From positions 31,065 through 95,064 of the forward strand of contig JAUNBL010000003.1 of NCBI GenBank assembly GCA_030527235.1: a stretch of 64,000 nt of DNA. The letters run 5' to 3'. Every line of letters begins with the position of its first letter. The first letter of the stretch is position 1. The position numbers were made by a program, and so were the translations under genes. Shown here one piece after another: positions 50,454-58,689 of the stretch. Source of the DNA: Clostridia bacterium. Its GTDB lineage: Bacteria; Bacillota; Clostridia; UMGS1883. Below the pieces are notes generated by a model, which saw only the letters and a list, made by a program, of their open reading frames with translations, searched no databases and had not been told where the DNA came from.

Positions 50454-52379
50454 TCAATAGTTCAGCCAAACTGCCATTTCTTCACTTGGGTTGCGGTTTC
50501 CCCACAGCGCGTACGGCACGGCGCGGATACGTATTGGCTCATATTCATCTTTTGCAGTTTTATAAAGCGTATCCTCGCCGCAATCTCGGCGAATAAGGGC
50601 ATCGCCCTCAATGACATTTACGCCGCAAAGCGTTTCCGGCTCATATATAACCGTGAAATTGCTATCTTCCTTATTTTTCAGGCGTATTGAACAGATAAGC
50701 TCGGTATTGTCAATGGATTCAAGACAGTACACTATAGGTCCGCGAACAATTGCGCCTTTGCCTGCATCTGCACGTACATGTGGATTCGCAACCACAATAT
50801 CCACATCAATATTAAACGCAAGAGATACAGTATCGCCGTCTTTCCAATCACGCGTTATATATGCGTAGCCGCGTTTAACTTCTGCCGGCACAACGCTTCC
50901 GTTTATACTAAGTGTATATCCCTTGGACCAAGACGGAATGCGTACAGCAAAGGTATAACGTCCCTCGGACAACGCGAAAGAGGCGCCATCACCCCATGGC
51001 AGAGAACTTTTTTGCGAAATGGTAACTTTTTGATTACCGATGTTAAGAGCAGCTTCGCTTCCAATAAATAAATGTGCATACACGGTGGATGAATCTGACG
51101 AGTAGATGTACGTGCCAAGGGAAGTAATCATTCTCGCAAGGTTCGGCGGACAGCAGGCGCAGCCAAACCATTTGCGCCGGCGCGATGCTACATGCCCTGT
51201 TACGGCGGCTTTTTGCGTTGCTTCCTGCCACACCTCAAGTGGATTTACGTAGAAAAATTCCGTCCCGTCTATGCTCATACCCGAAATAGAGCCATTGTAT
51301 ATAACTCGCTCTAACACATCGCTGTATTCGGAGTCAACATTCAGCTCCAGCATTTTTTTTGCAAAAAAAGCAAGTGAGATAGCTGCGCACGTCTCATTAT
51401 ATACGGTATCATTTGGCATATGGTAATTGAATGAGAAAGCTTCTCCGTGGCCCTGTGAGCCAATGCCTCCCGTGATGTACATTTGTTTTCTGGTCACATT
51501 GTTCCAAAGCGCCTTGCAAGCTGACACAAGAGACTCATCCTGCGTTTTTGCCGCGAGCCCAGCCATGCCGGTGTAAAGGTAGCCTGCGCGCACCGCGTGA
51601 CCTGTTGCTTCGGCCTGCTTACGCACCGGTTTATGTGCCTGGCAATAGCAAAGGTCCACCTTATCTATCTTTGCGCCCCAACCCGTAATATTGCCGCGTT
51701 TTTCCAATTCTTGCTGGAAGAAATTCGGTTCTTTGCCACGTTCGTTTATCACATATTCACATAAGCGTAAATACCGCTCCTCACCAGTTGCCTCGTAGAG
51801 TTTAATAAGCGCAAGTTCAAATTCCGGATGTCCGGGATATGCATGGAGCTTTCCTTCTTCGGGACCGATTGTTTTGTCGATAAGATCTGTAAAGCGACAC
51901 ACCACATCAAGAAGCTTTGTCTTTCCTGTTGCCTCCGCATAGGCAACTGCGGCTTCTATCATATGTCCTGCACAGTACAGCTCATGCCAGTCGCAAAAAT
52001 TTGTAAATTCTTTGCCCTTTTCTTTTATTAGAAAATAAGTGTCTATATATCCGTCTTCCCGCTGAGCCTTGGCAATGAGGTCAATCGCTTCATCACATCT
52101 TTTTTCAAGCTCCTTGTCCTCGTGCGTGGCAAGTGAATATGAAGCAGCTTCAAGCCATTTTGAGAGGTCGCTGTCCTGAAAAACAAATCCGTGAAACTCT
52201 CCTTCGCATACTTTAGCGGCGATTTTGAAATTTTGTATTGCGCCACTTTTGTCGGCGTCCTCTATTTCATCGTTAAGCGCCTTCCATTGATACGGTATTA
52301 TAGAACCGCGCGCAAGCGCTTCATAACGATTCCAAAAGTCGTCATCAATTTTAACGTTTTTAATTTTTACAAACTCCAT
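50454..52379 (-). CDS. glycoside hydrolase family 127 (beta-L-arabinofuranosidase, DUF1680)
   Basis: GH127 N-terminal signature (YQWKALND..QNFKIAA), about 640 aa, Cys-rich Zn site region (CACCPPN). Confidence 0.8.
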   Translation of the reverse strand: MEFVKIKNVKIDDDFWNRYEALARGSIIPYQWKALNDEIEDADKSGAIQNFKIAAKVCEGEFHGFVFQDSDLSKWLEAASYSLATHEDKELEKRCDEAIDLIAKAQREDGYIDTYFLIKEKGKEFTNFCDWHELYCAGHMIEAAVAYAEATGKTKLLDVVCRFTDLIDKTIGPEEGKLHAYPGHPEFELALIKLYEATGEERYLRLCEYVINERGKEPNFFQQELEKRGNITGWGAKIDKVDLCYCQAHKPVRKQAEATGHAVRAGYLYTGMAGLAAKTQDESLVSACKALWNNVTRKQMYITGGIGSQGHGEAFSFNYHMPNDTVYNETCAAISLAFFAKKMLELNVDSEYSDVLERVIYNGSISGMSIDGTEFFYVNPLEVWQEATQKAAVTGHVASRRRKWFGCACCPPNLARMITSLGTYIYSSDSSTVYAHLFIGSEAALNIGNQKVTISQKSSLPWGDGASFALSEGRYTFAVRIPSWSKGYTLSINGSVVPAEVKRGYAYITRDWKDGDTVSLAFNIDVDIVVANPHVRADAGKGAIVRGPIVYCLESIDNTELICSIRLKNKEDSNFTVIYEPETLCGVNVIEGDALIRRDCGEDTLYKTAKDEYEPIRIRAVPYALWGNRNPSEEMAVWLNY

Positions 52380-52521
52380 ATGAATCAACTCCTTTAGCTA
52401 CATAATACAGAAAAATGTTTCTTATGTAAATATGCTTTTCCGTATTTTAAGTGTATTTTTCGGACATTCTTTATCTATGTCTGCAAACAAAACTTGAACA
52501 TAAAAAATTTTTTGTGTTTTT

Positions 52522-52562
52522 TTCAAAAAAAGTATTGACAACGAATTAAGCTTCGGCTATAA
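52522..52562 (+). promoter_or_regulatory. consensus sigma-A promoter with UP element for tRNA-Asn
   Basis: tttcaaaaaaagtaTTGACAacgaattaagcttcggcTATAAT, 17 nt spacer. Confidence 0.55.
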
Positions 52563-52590
52563 TCTTTCAAGTAAGCTGATTTTGAAATAT

Positions 52591-52666
52591 TCCTCAATAG
52601 CTCAGTCGGTAGAGCATGCGGCTGTTAACCGCAGGGTCGTTGGTTCGAGTCCAACTTGAGGAGCCA
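52591..52666 (+). tRNA. tRNA-Asn (anticodon GTT), CCA encoded
   Basis: Cloverleaf folds by eye: acceptor tcctcaa/ttgagga, D-arm gctcagtcggtagagc, anticodon loop cTGTTAa, T-arm gttggttcgagtccaac. Confidence 0.9.
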
Positions 52667-52670
52667 TATA

Positions 52671-52713
52671 TACTGAACGATTTGGATGCACTCCAAATTG
52701 TTCAGTATTTTTG
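52671..52713 (+). terminator. tRNA terminator hairpin; its 5' arm is copy 1 of a repeated motif
   Basis: tactgaacgatttgg/ccaaattgttcagta 15-bp stem then TTTTTG. Confidence 0.6.
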
Positions 52714-52772
52714 CGCCTTTGCGGGCTTTTTGAAAAATGGGCATTCAATGGTTTTTGGTAGATGCACCCACC

Positions 52773-52819
52773 GATTTGACAGGACTTGAACCGGGGATAC
52801 CCACTAAAAAGCTGAAATA
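52773..52819 (+). repeat. repeat copy A of GATGCAC..CAGGAnTTGAACCGGnGATA motif (diverged)
   Basis: Aligns by eye with copies at 52888 and 53483. Confidence 0.4.
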
Positions 52820-52887
52820 CAGCAAAAAAACATTCAGAAAATCAAATTCAAAATTCAAATTGAAAAACAGTAAAAAGCATATGTGAA

Positions 52888-52945
52888 CAATTTGGATGCA
52901 CAACAACTTTTTCAGGATTTGAACCGGAGATACACAAATTTATAT
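52888..52945 (+). repeat. repeat copy B: tgaacaatttggatgcacaacaactttttcaggatttgaaccggagatacacaaattta, upstream of gene at 53025
   Basis: Near-identical to copy at 53483-53540; contains TTGAAC -35-like hexamer. Confidence 0.55.
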
Positions 52946-52957
52946 AGAATACAAATC

Positions 52958-52996
52958 AGACGATAGTTTCTAATTAGAGATTATCGTCTTTTTTTG
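52958..52996 (+). terminator. hairpin plus T7 tract (member 1 of tatcgtcTTTTTTT terminator family)
   Basis: agacgatagtttctaa/ttagagattatcgtct then ttttttt. Confidence 0.55.
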
Positions 52997-53024
52997 TGCT
53001 CAAAAACGAAAGGACAGGATGAAT

Positions 53025-53402
53025 ATGAATCAGACGGAGTTTGAACATTGGCAAAAAGTTATGGACAGCAGCAAATATAGATGGGTTGAGGATGTCGTTG
53101 CTCGCCATAATGGTCATGGTTCTTTATATTACACCGGCGGTGAAGACGGCATCTATATGCGCATCTCCGCAGAGGGAAAGCTTACGATTGGAGAATATAA
53201 GGACGCATTTCCTCATATTGGAGAAGCAACATTTATTCCAAAAGCAGAGCATCAATACGATAGCTATAGCAAGGCTTTTGAGGCAGCCTGTAAGCTCGGT
53301 GGCGTACAGTTTCTCGCAGATATGTTTTCAAACGTTCAAATACCGCAAGAGCCGATTCCAACCGATGAAAGCGACAGCAATGGTATGAATATGGAAATGT
53401 AG
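53025..53402 (+). CDS. hypothetical protein (126 aa), first gene of element region
   Basis: ORF with AAAGGACAGG RBS; acidic C-terminus; no recognised motif. Confidence 0.4.
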   Translation: MNQTEFEHWQKVMDSSKYRWVEDVVARHNGHGSLYYTGGEDGIYMRISAEGKLTIGEYKDAFPHIGEATFIPKAEHQYDSYSKAFEAACKLGGVQFLADMFSNVQIPQEPIPTDESDSNGMNMEM

Positions 53403-53482
53403 CTTGTAAGAACAAGGTGTTATATATTACTACACTGATATCTTCCGTTTTGAGAACTTGAAACGCTATGACGGCATGTGCT

Positions 53483-53540
53483 GAACAATTTGGATGCACA
53501 ACAACTTTTTTAGGATTTGAACCGGAGATATATAAATTTC
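53483..53540 (+). repeat. repeat copy C: ctgaacaatttggatgcacaacaacttttttaggatttgaaccggagatatataaatttc, upstream of gene at 53571
   Basis: Near-identical to copy B. Confidence 0.55.
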
Positions 53541-53570
53541 TTAAAATACAAAATACAAGGAGAGATGCAC

Positions 53571-54227
53571 ATGAAAAATAACAGACTTTTAGACCAAATG
53601 CTGAAAATGCTTCCAAAGCACGAGCGAGTGAGCTATGAAGCAGCCACAGCGAGAATTGATGTTATCATTGACGGAAGTCCTAAATTCTACATACGGGAAA
53701 GCGGCGGCGTTACCTTTCCTGCAAATATGCTACATGATGATTTGTCCCGCAATTTACACGATGAGATTGTGCTGACAAGAGAGTGCGTGTCGGAATATTT
53801 GTTTGCAATGGACAATGCCTCCGATCTAAAGGCGTATGACTTTAATATGCCATACAAAAAGATTTTGGAATATAACGGTGTAGTGCTTGGCGGATTAGAA
53901 ACCAAAGACGGCGAATACAATTTTACAACCTGGAATTATGTCAAAGGAAGCTTGTACCACGGTCATTATTACGGAAAAGACTATAAAAAGGCAAAGGAGG
54001 ATTTTGTAACACGGTCAGGTCTTGTGAATGAAAACAGATTATTTACAGAAAAAGAAATGACCGCAATTTACAGAAGTGTTTCGGAAACGCTTGAAAGCGG
54101 ATATGAGCTTGACGATGAACAAATCAAGCTGCTAAAAGATATAAGAGATAAAATTGAATATGCTGTCCCAAGCCTTGATGAAACGGTCTGCGAGTCAAAC
54201 AATCAAGAATACGGACAGTCATTATAA
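53571..54227 (+). CDS. hypothetical protein (218 aa)
   Basis: AAGGAGAG RBS before ATG at 53571; no recognised motif. Confidence 0.4.
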   Translation: MKNNRLLDQMLKMLPKHERVSYEAATARIDVIIDGSPKFYIRESGGVTFPANMLHDDLSRNLHDEIVLTRECVSEYLFAMDNASDLKAYDFNMPYKKILEYNGVVLGGLETKDGEYNFTTWNYVKGSLYHGHYYGKDYKKAKEDFVTRSGLVNENRLFTEKEMTAIYRSVSETLESGYELDDEQIKLLKDIRDKIEYAVPSLDETVCESNNQEYGQSL

Positions 54228-54240
54228 CAGGAGGTATAAA

Positions 54241-55398
54241 ATGTTTACGGCAAATATAAGATATAATGATTCAAGTGCAAATATTGAATTTCCCTGCGAT
54301 AATAGCTATTTATATTCCAAGCTTATGGAGATGCGTGTATCAGAGCAAACATATCAAGATCTAAAGCTGTTTGTGAAAAAAATAGACTATGATGCGTTAT
54401 CATGCCTTGAGGACAACTTCGTTGATTTAGGCGAACTGAATTTTTTGGCACAGCGGTTAGACAGTTTTAGTTATCAGGAGGTAGTTAAGTTTAATGCTGT
54501 TGTTAAAGAATTCGGCATTAAGACGATGCCGGAGTTTATCAATCTGACATATAATATGCATTACTATACCCTGCTGCAAGACTTGAGCAGCGCTGAAAAA
54601 ATCGGCAAAACGTATATGCTTACGAGAAATGGCGGAATGTCTGAAAAAGAAATATTGGAAACGGATTTTGAAAAAATCGGGAAACAGCTTATTGAATCGG
54701 GACGAGGCAGACTTACAGAGCATGGTCTGTTATTTGTCAATGATGATTTGCCATATGACCATGAATATAACGGAGTAACACTGCCGTGCTTTTTTTATCG
54801 CGACTGCTTATTTACTGTATCGATGGGATATGACGGTAAAACAAGCTATGTGCATTTGCCCGATGTACCGTATGCAATATCAAATGCAGTTAACAGACTC
54901 GGCGCAGCTTCACCGATGGATTGTAAAGTGGAATTTGAGCAATTTGGTATAGAAAATATTGATTTGCAGGAAAGACTCAAAGCTGTTGTGGTGAACGAAG
55001 GAATATACAAGCTAAATGAAATTGCGGCGGCGATTCATGAAATTTCAGATTACGAGGAACTGCAGAAATTAACAGATATTATTGAATTTTCAGGGCGAGA
55101 GGACGGTGACACAATTATAAGTCTCGCAAAAAATATTGATGAATTCATATTCTACCCTGATGTTGCAGATGCAGATGCGCTTGGCAGAGCAATAATTGAA
55201 GAAAATGAGGAATATCACATTCATCCGGATATTGCGGACTATTTTATGTTTGAGCAGTATGCAGAGGAAATAATGCGGGAATGTGACTGCAAATTCACGG
55301 AAAATGGCGCAGTCTTATTAAAAAGTAAAACGCTTACCGAAATTCTCAGAGAGGAACAAAGCGGTGAATGCATTAACAGAGGTATTGAATCGATGTAG
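54241..55398 (+). CDS. expanded ArdA-like anti-restriction protein (386 aa)
   Basis: By-eye similarity to Tn916 ArdA: GELNFLAQRLDSF vs ArdA IGELNRLWEMVSEL, and acidic C-terminal module FYPDVADADALGRAIIEENEE / IADYFMFEQYAEEI; paralog of 58690..59931. Confidence 0.45.
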   Translation: MFTANIRYNDSSANIEFPCDNSYLYSKLMEMRVSEQTYQDLKLFVKKIDYDALSCLEDNFVDLGELNFLAQRLDSFSYQEVVKFNAVVKEFGIKTMPEFINLTYNMHYYTLLQDLSSAEKIGKTYMLTRNGGMSEKEILETDFEKIGKQLIESGRGRLTEHGLLFVNDDLPYDHEYNGVTLPCFFYRDCLFTVSMGYDGKTSYVHLPDVPYAISNAVNRLGAASPMDCKVEFEQFGIENIDLQERLKAVVVNEGIYKLNEIAAAIHEISDYEELQKLTDIIEFSGREDGDTIISLAKNIDEFIFYPDVADADALGRAIIEENEEYHIHPDIADYFMFEQYAEEIMRECDCKFTENGAVLLKSKTLTEILREEQSGECINRGIESM

Positions 55399-55474
55399 GT
55401 AGTTAAAATACAATTAGCAAATACAAATGGTTGGAACAAACAAAAACATAGGACAATTATACGGGAGGATAAAG

Positions 55475-56659
55475 ATGAACAAGAACAATCTTACAAAACA
55501 AGAACGAATACAAGAACATATCAAAGAATTTTTGAATGACGGAGAAGTTCATGGAATTAGAAAAATATACGATTATGTTGATATGAAGCTTAAAGAGGAT
55601 GGCGAATACATCTTTGAAATCAACACATATGTTAATATAGCAATTAAAAAACTTATTAACGATGGCGAATATGCTCGGGTTGCAAAAGGGTTATACCAAA
55701 AAGGCGGAACACCTTATATAGCACAAAGGAAACCATCAAATTCAAGTAAAGAGCGTAAAAGCAAGATGGCATCAGTTTCTGTGAGTGATTTTGCAAACAA
55801 GGCGCGCGCATTGCTTAAAGGAAGACCATCGGTATCTAACATAACTGACGCTGAAAGTAAAAACTATGAGTCAATCAAAAGCTTTATGGAAACACAGCTT
55901 GATATCATAAAAGAAACGGCAAATAAGCTAAAAAGCATCTCGGCATCAACTGCAGCAAACGAAAAAATATGTGAGTATTTCAAAGAGATACTTGACGACG
56001 GCTATCCGCATAAGATGCAGGAAATTCAAAAGTATATATATGACAAAATGCTTGAGAACAACGAGTGGAATAAGGAAATAATGCCATGCGTATTTTACAA
56101 AACCATAGGCAATTTGGTAAACGATGAGGGTAATCCATATATAAAGGTGAAACACGGTGTATATCAGAAGGAACAAGAAGCGACGCACGATGTTAGGGAG
56201 TTTTCGCTGAATAATCTTGAAGACTTGCTTGATGACGGTTTTATGCTATCGGAAGATGCGATTGACCTGGAATTTCAGAATTATTTGCTTCAGGACGATA
56301 CAAAAGAACCAAAAGAAGAAGTAAAAAATATGATAGACAACATTAAGCAAGCGGTTAGCAAAACCGTTGATGGAGTTTCCTATCTAATGGCGTTTATTGA
56401 AGATTGTCAAAATGACAGAGAAAGCATGAAAAAATATTCCATATTAGAGATGAAATCCGGCAAATATATAGTTTTCCAAGAGCATGAAAAATATAAGCTT
56501 GGGGAAGAAAATGACAGAATAATTTTTAATGACGAGGCCGATGCAAATATGACTCTTGAACTTTTAAATGATGTAAGCGACGGCTGTTTTGTTCTCCTTG
56601 ATGAAGACATTGATGAAAAGCTACAACCGACAGACGAAATGACGATGGACGGCATGTAA
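55475..56659 (+). CDS. acidic protein with two tandem HARE-HTH-like winged-helix modules
   Basis: Internal duplication: IQEHIKEFLNDGEVHGIRKIYDYV..YARVAKGLYQK and ICEYFKEILDDGYPHKMQEIQKYIYDKM..YIKVKHGVYQK, each ending in the RVxxGxY motif characteristic of HARE-HTH. Confidence 0.45.
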   Translation: MNKNNLTKQERIQEHIKEFLNDGEVHGIRKIYDYVDMKLKEDGEYIFEINTYVNIAIKKLINDGEYARVAKGLYQKGGTPYIAQRKPSNSSKERKSKMASVSVSDFANKARALLKGRPSVSNITDAESKNYESIKSFMETQLDIIKETANKLKSISASTAANEKICEYFKEILDDGYPHKMQEIQKYIYDKMLENNEWNKEIMPCVFYKTIGNLVNDEGNPYIKVKHGVYQKEQEATHDVREFSLNNLEDLLDDGFMLSEDAIDLEFQNYLLQDDTKEPKEEVKNMIDNIKQAVSKTVDGVSYLMAFIEDCQNDRESMKKYSILEMKSGKYIVFQEHEKYKLGEENDRIIFNDEADANMTLELLNDVSDGCFVLLDEDIDEKLQPTDEMTMDGM

Positions 56660-56809
56660 TTATGATTGGCCGAAGCATCGGTTTCAAACCAAAAGGATAT
56701 ATTAGGCAATTCCCGAAAGAAGGCGCTTGAAAGCTTGTGCAGTACGCAGATTGATTTTTTTGATTTATATGATAAAATAAATACATATCAAAACAAGGAG
56801 GTGGCTGCT

Positions 56810-57892
56810 GTGATAAAAAACGGAAGCATTATGGCGGGAGACATTGAAACCGCAAGGCTTGCTGATGGCAAAATTATTCCTGTGCTGGGGGAGCTTATGC
56901 CGCTTTATCTGCAAAAGGAAAATGACATAATGGGCTGGCTTTCGGGCAGAGCGATAGACAGCCGCAGAACGAATGCCAGACTGCTGAAAAAAGCAATGCG
57001 GATTACAGCTTTATGCGACGCCGATGTTGTATTAAGAGTTCACGCGGCAACCATCACAGATAAATATTGGTTCAAAGAAGAAGACAGCCGACTTTGCTAT
57101 GACGATGTAAAATTCAAAGAAAATGTTTTTGATAAGCTGGTGCTCTGCGGCGATCCCGACAGCTTTAATAACGAGGGCGATTCAACGCCGGAGCTTACCA
57201 ATACGGGCAGCTTTGAAAAGTGCTGGCGGATAACGGACGGCGTTTGGTGGTTGTATAAGCAGGGAAACGATAACGAAAGATTTTCCGAATTGTTTATATA
57301 TCTTCTCGGCAAGACGCTTGGCTTTAATATGGCTTATTATGAGCTTGAGGACGGATATATCAAAAGCCGTGATTTTACCGCCGGCGCAGAGGTGAACTAC
57401 GAGCCGATGCACAGCCTTGTGGGAGAGGACGAGGACTACCAAAGGAGCTTTGAAATTCTAAACAGTCTATGCCCCGGCGCCGCAAAGGATTTTGTAAAGA
57501 TGATATATCTTGATACAATCTGCTTTAATATGGACAGGCACACGAGGAACTACGGCGTTTTGAGAAATACTGAAACAGGCGAAATAATAGGCTTGGCGCC
57601 CAACTTTGATAATAATATTGCGCTGATAGCCCGGGGATATCCGAAAAACATTGAAAGAACCAATGACAGGCTTATAACGCTTTTCGGACAGTTTATTTCC
57701 GATAATGCTGCGGCAATGGCATATTATGATGAAATAGACAGGAGCATTCTTACAGAGGAGCTGCTGAATCACTTGATTGACCAAACAGGCTTTGAGGTTG
57801 ACAGAGAGCATATAGTAAAATTTATTATGTCGGGTGACGCGGTTGTTTGTGAGATGGCGTCGGGACAGGAACACGGTTTGAAAATGGAATAG
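56810..57892 (+). CDS. HipA-like / CtkA-like serine-threonine kinase domain protein
   Basis: HipA_C-like motifs: GSFEKCW (G.Q.K-like), catalytic NMDRHTRNYGVL (cf. HipA D-x-H-x-K-N), LAPNFDNNIAL (cf. LAPAYD). Start set at GTG after AAGGAGG; the track ORF extends 144 nt further 5'. Confidence 0.55.
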   Translation: MIKNGSIMAGDIETARLADGKIIPVLGELMPLYLQKENDIMGWLSGRAIDSRRTNARLLKKAMRITALCDADVVLRVHAATITDKYWFKEEDSRLCYDDVKFKENVFDKLVLCGDPDSFNNEGDSTPELTNTGSFEKCWRITDGVWWLYKQGNDNERFSELFIYLLGKTLGFNMAYYELEDGYIKSRDFTAGAEVNYEPMHSLVGEDEDYQRSFEILNSLCPGAAKDFVKMIYLDTICFNMDRHTRNYGVLRNTETGEIIGLAPNFDNNIALIARGYPKNIERTNDRLITLFGQFISDNAAAMAYYDEIDRSILTEELLNHLIDQTGFEVDREHIVKFIMSGDAVVCEMASGQEHGLKME

Positions 57893-57914
57893 CTAATAAT
57901 TGAATAATTAAAAT

Positions 57915-57954
57915 CAGACGGTAATTTCTTAATTGAAGTTATCGTCTTTTTTTA
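57915..57954 (+). terminator. hairpin plus T-run (member 2 of terminator family)
   Basis: cagacggtaatttctt aatt gaagttatcgtct ttttttt. Confidence 0.5.
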
Positions 57955-57982
57955 TACAAAAAATGTATAGGAGGAATATGTA

Positions 57983-58354
57983 ATGGCTAAAAGAATTGAA
58001 GCTTGCCGAGAGGAACAAAGCAACGAAATTAAATACGACCTTATTGAGGTAGTAGAACAGAAGGCGCTTTTTACCAATGCACGGCTTACAGATGAAGATG
58101 TTTCTGACGGATTATATTGTTATCATCTGCGCTATTCCGACAGCGAAAACGGCTTTATAAGCATTGAACCGAGGGTTGGTGTAAACCACGGCGGATCGGT
58201 TATAACAAAATTTCCGATTGATTTTGGTGATGACGGATATATCTCGTTTGACGATGATACCTCGCCCAATTTTCTTGGCGAACATATGACAATATGGGAA
58301 TATGTGCAGACTGATTTTGAACAGGAACAAACAGGCGGCATAAATCAATGCTGA
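57983..58354 (+). CDS. hypothetical protein (123 aa)
   Basis: ORF with GGAGGAATATG start context; no recognised motif. Confidence 0.4.
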   Translation: MAKRIEACREEQSNEIKYDLIEVVEQKALFTNARLTDEDVSDGLYCYHLRYSDSENGFISIEPRVGVNHGGSVITKFPIDFGDDGYISFDDDTSPNFLGEHMTIWEYVQTDFEQEQTGGINQC

Positions 58355-58384
58355 CAAGGAACTATGAAAGAAGGGAGAGATAAT

Positions 58385-58678
58385 ATGAACGGATTTCCAA
58401 GCAAAGAAATTGTTGACAGCATAAGGCGGCAATATCCGCCCGGCACACGGATAGAGCTTATATCAATGGACGATCCCTACAGCAAGCTTGAACCCGGCGA
58501 CAGGGCTACCGTTACGGGAGTTGATGACATTGCCACCGTACACTGCAATTGGGACAGCGGAAGCTCTTTGGGACTCGCCTACAGCGAAGACAGATTCAGG
58601 AAGCTTACCGAACAGGAAATTGCCGAGGAACAGAAGCAGTCGGAGCAACCAAATGACGGCATGAATATGAACTTGTAG
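58385..58678 (+). CDS. DUF4314-like small protein
   Basis: G..I.LISMDDPYSKLEPGDRATVTGVDDIATVHCNWDSGSSLGL matches my recollection of the DUF4314 pattern common in Clostridia conjugative elements. Confidence 0.4.
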   Translation: MNGFPSKEIVDSIRRQYPPGTRIELISMDDPYSKLEPGDRATVTGVDDIATVHCNWDSGSSLGLAYSEDRFRKLTEQEIAEEQKQSEQPNDGMNMNL

Positions 58679-58689
58679 GAGGTATAAAA

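Noticed and set aside
52895-52945. ggatttgaaccggagata looked like a tRNA T-arm remnant (possible att-site tRNA fragment)
   Set aside because: Neither strand gives a T-stem pairing or acceptor stem; does not match the tRNA-Asn 3' end.
56666-56809. N-terminal 48-aa extension of the HipA-like ORF in the track
   Set aside because: It contains an A+T-rich promoter-like stretch and an AAGGAGG RBS directly before a GTG at 56810. Treated as intergenic.
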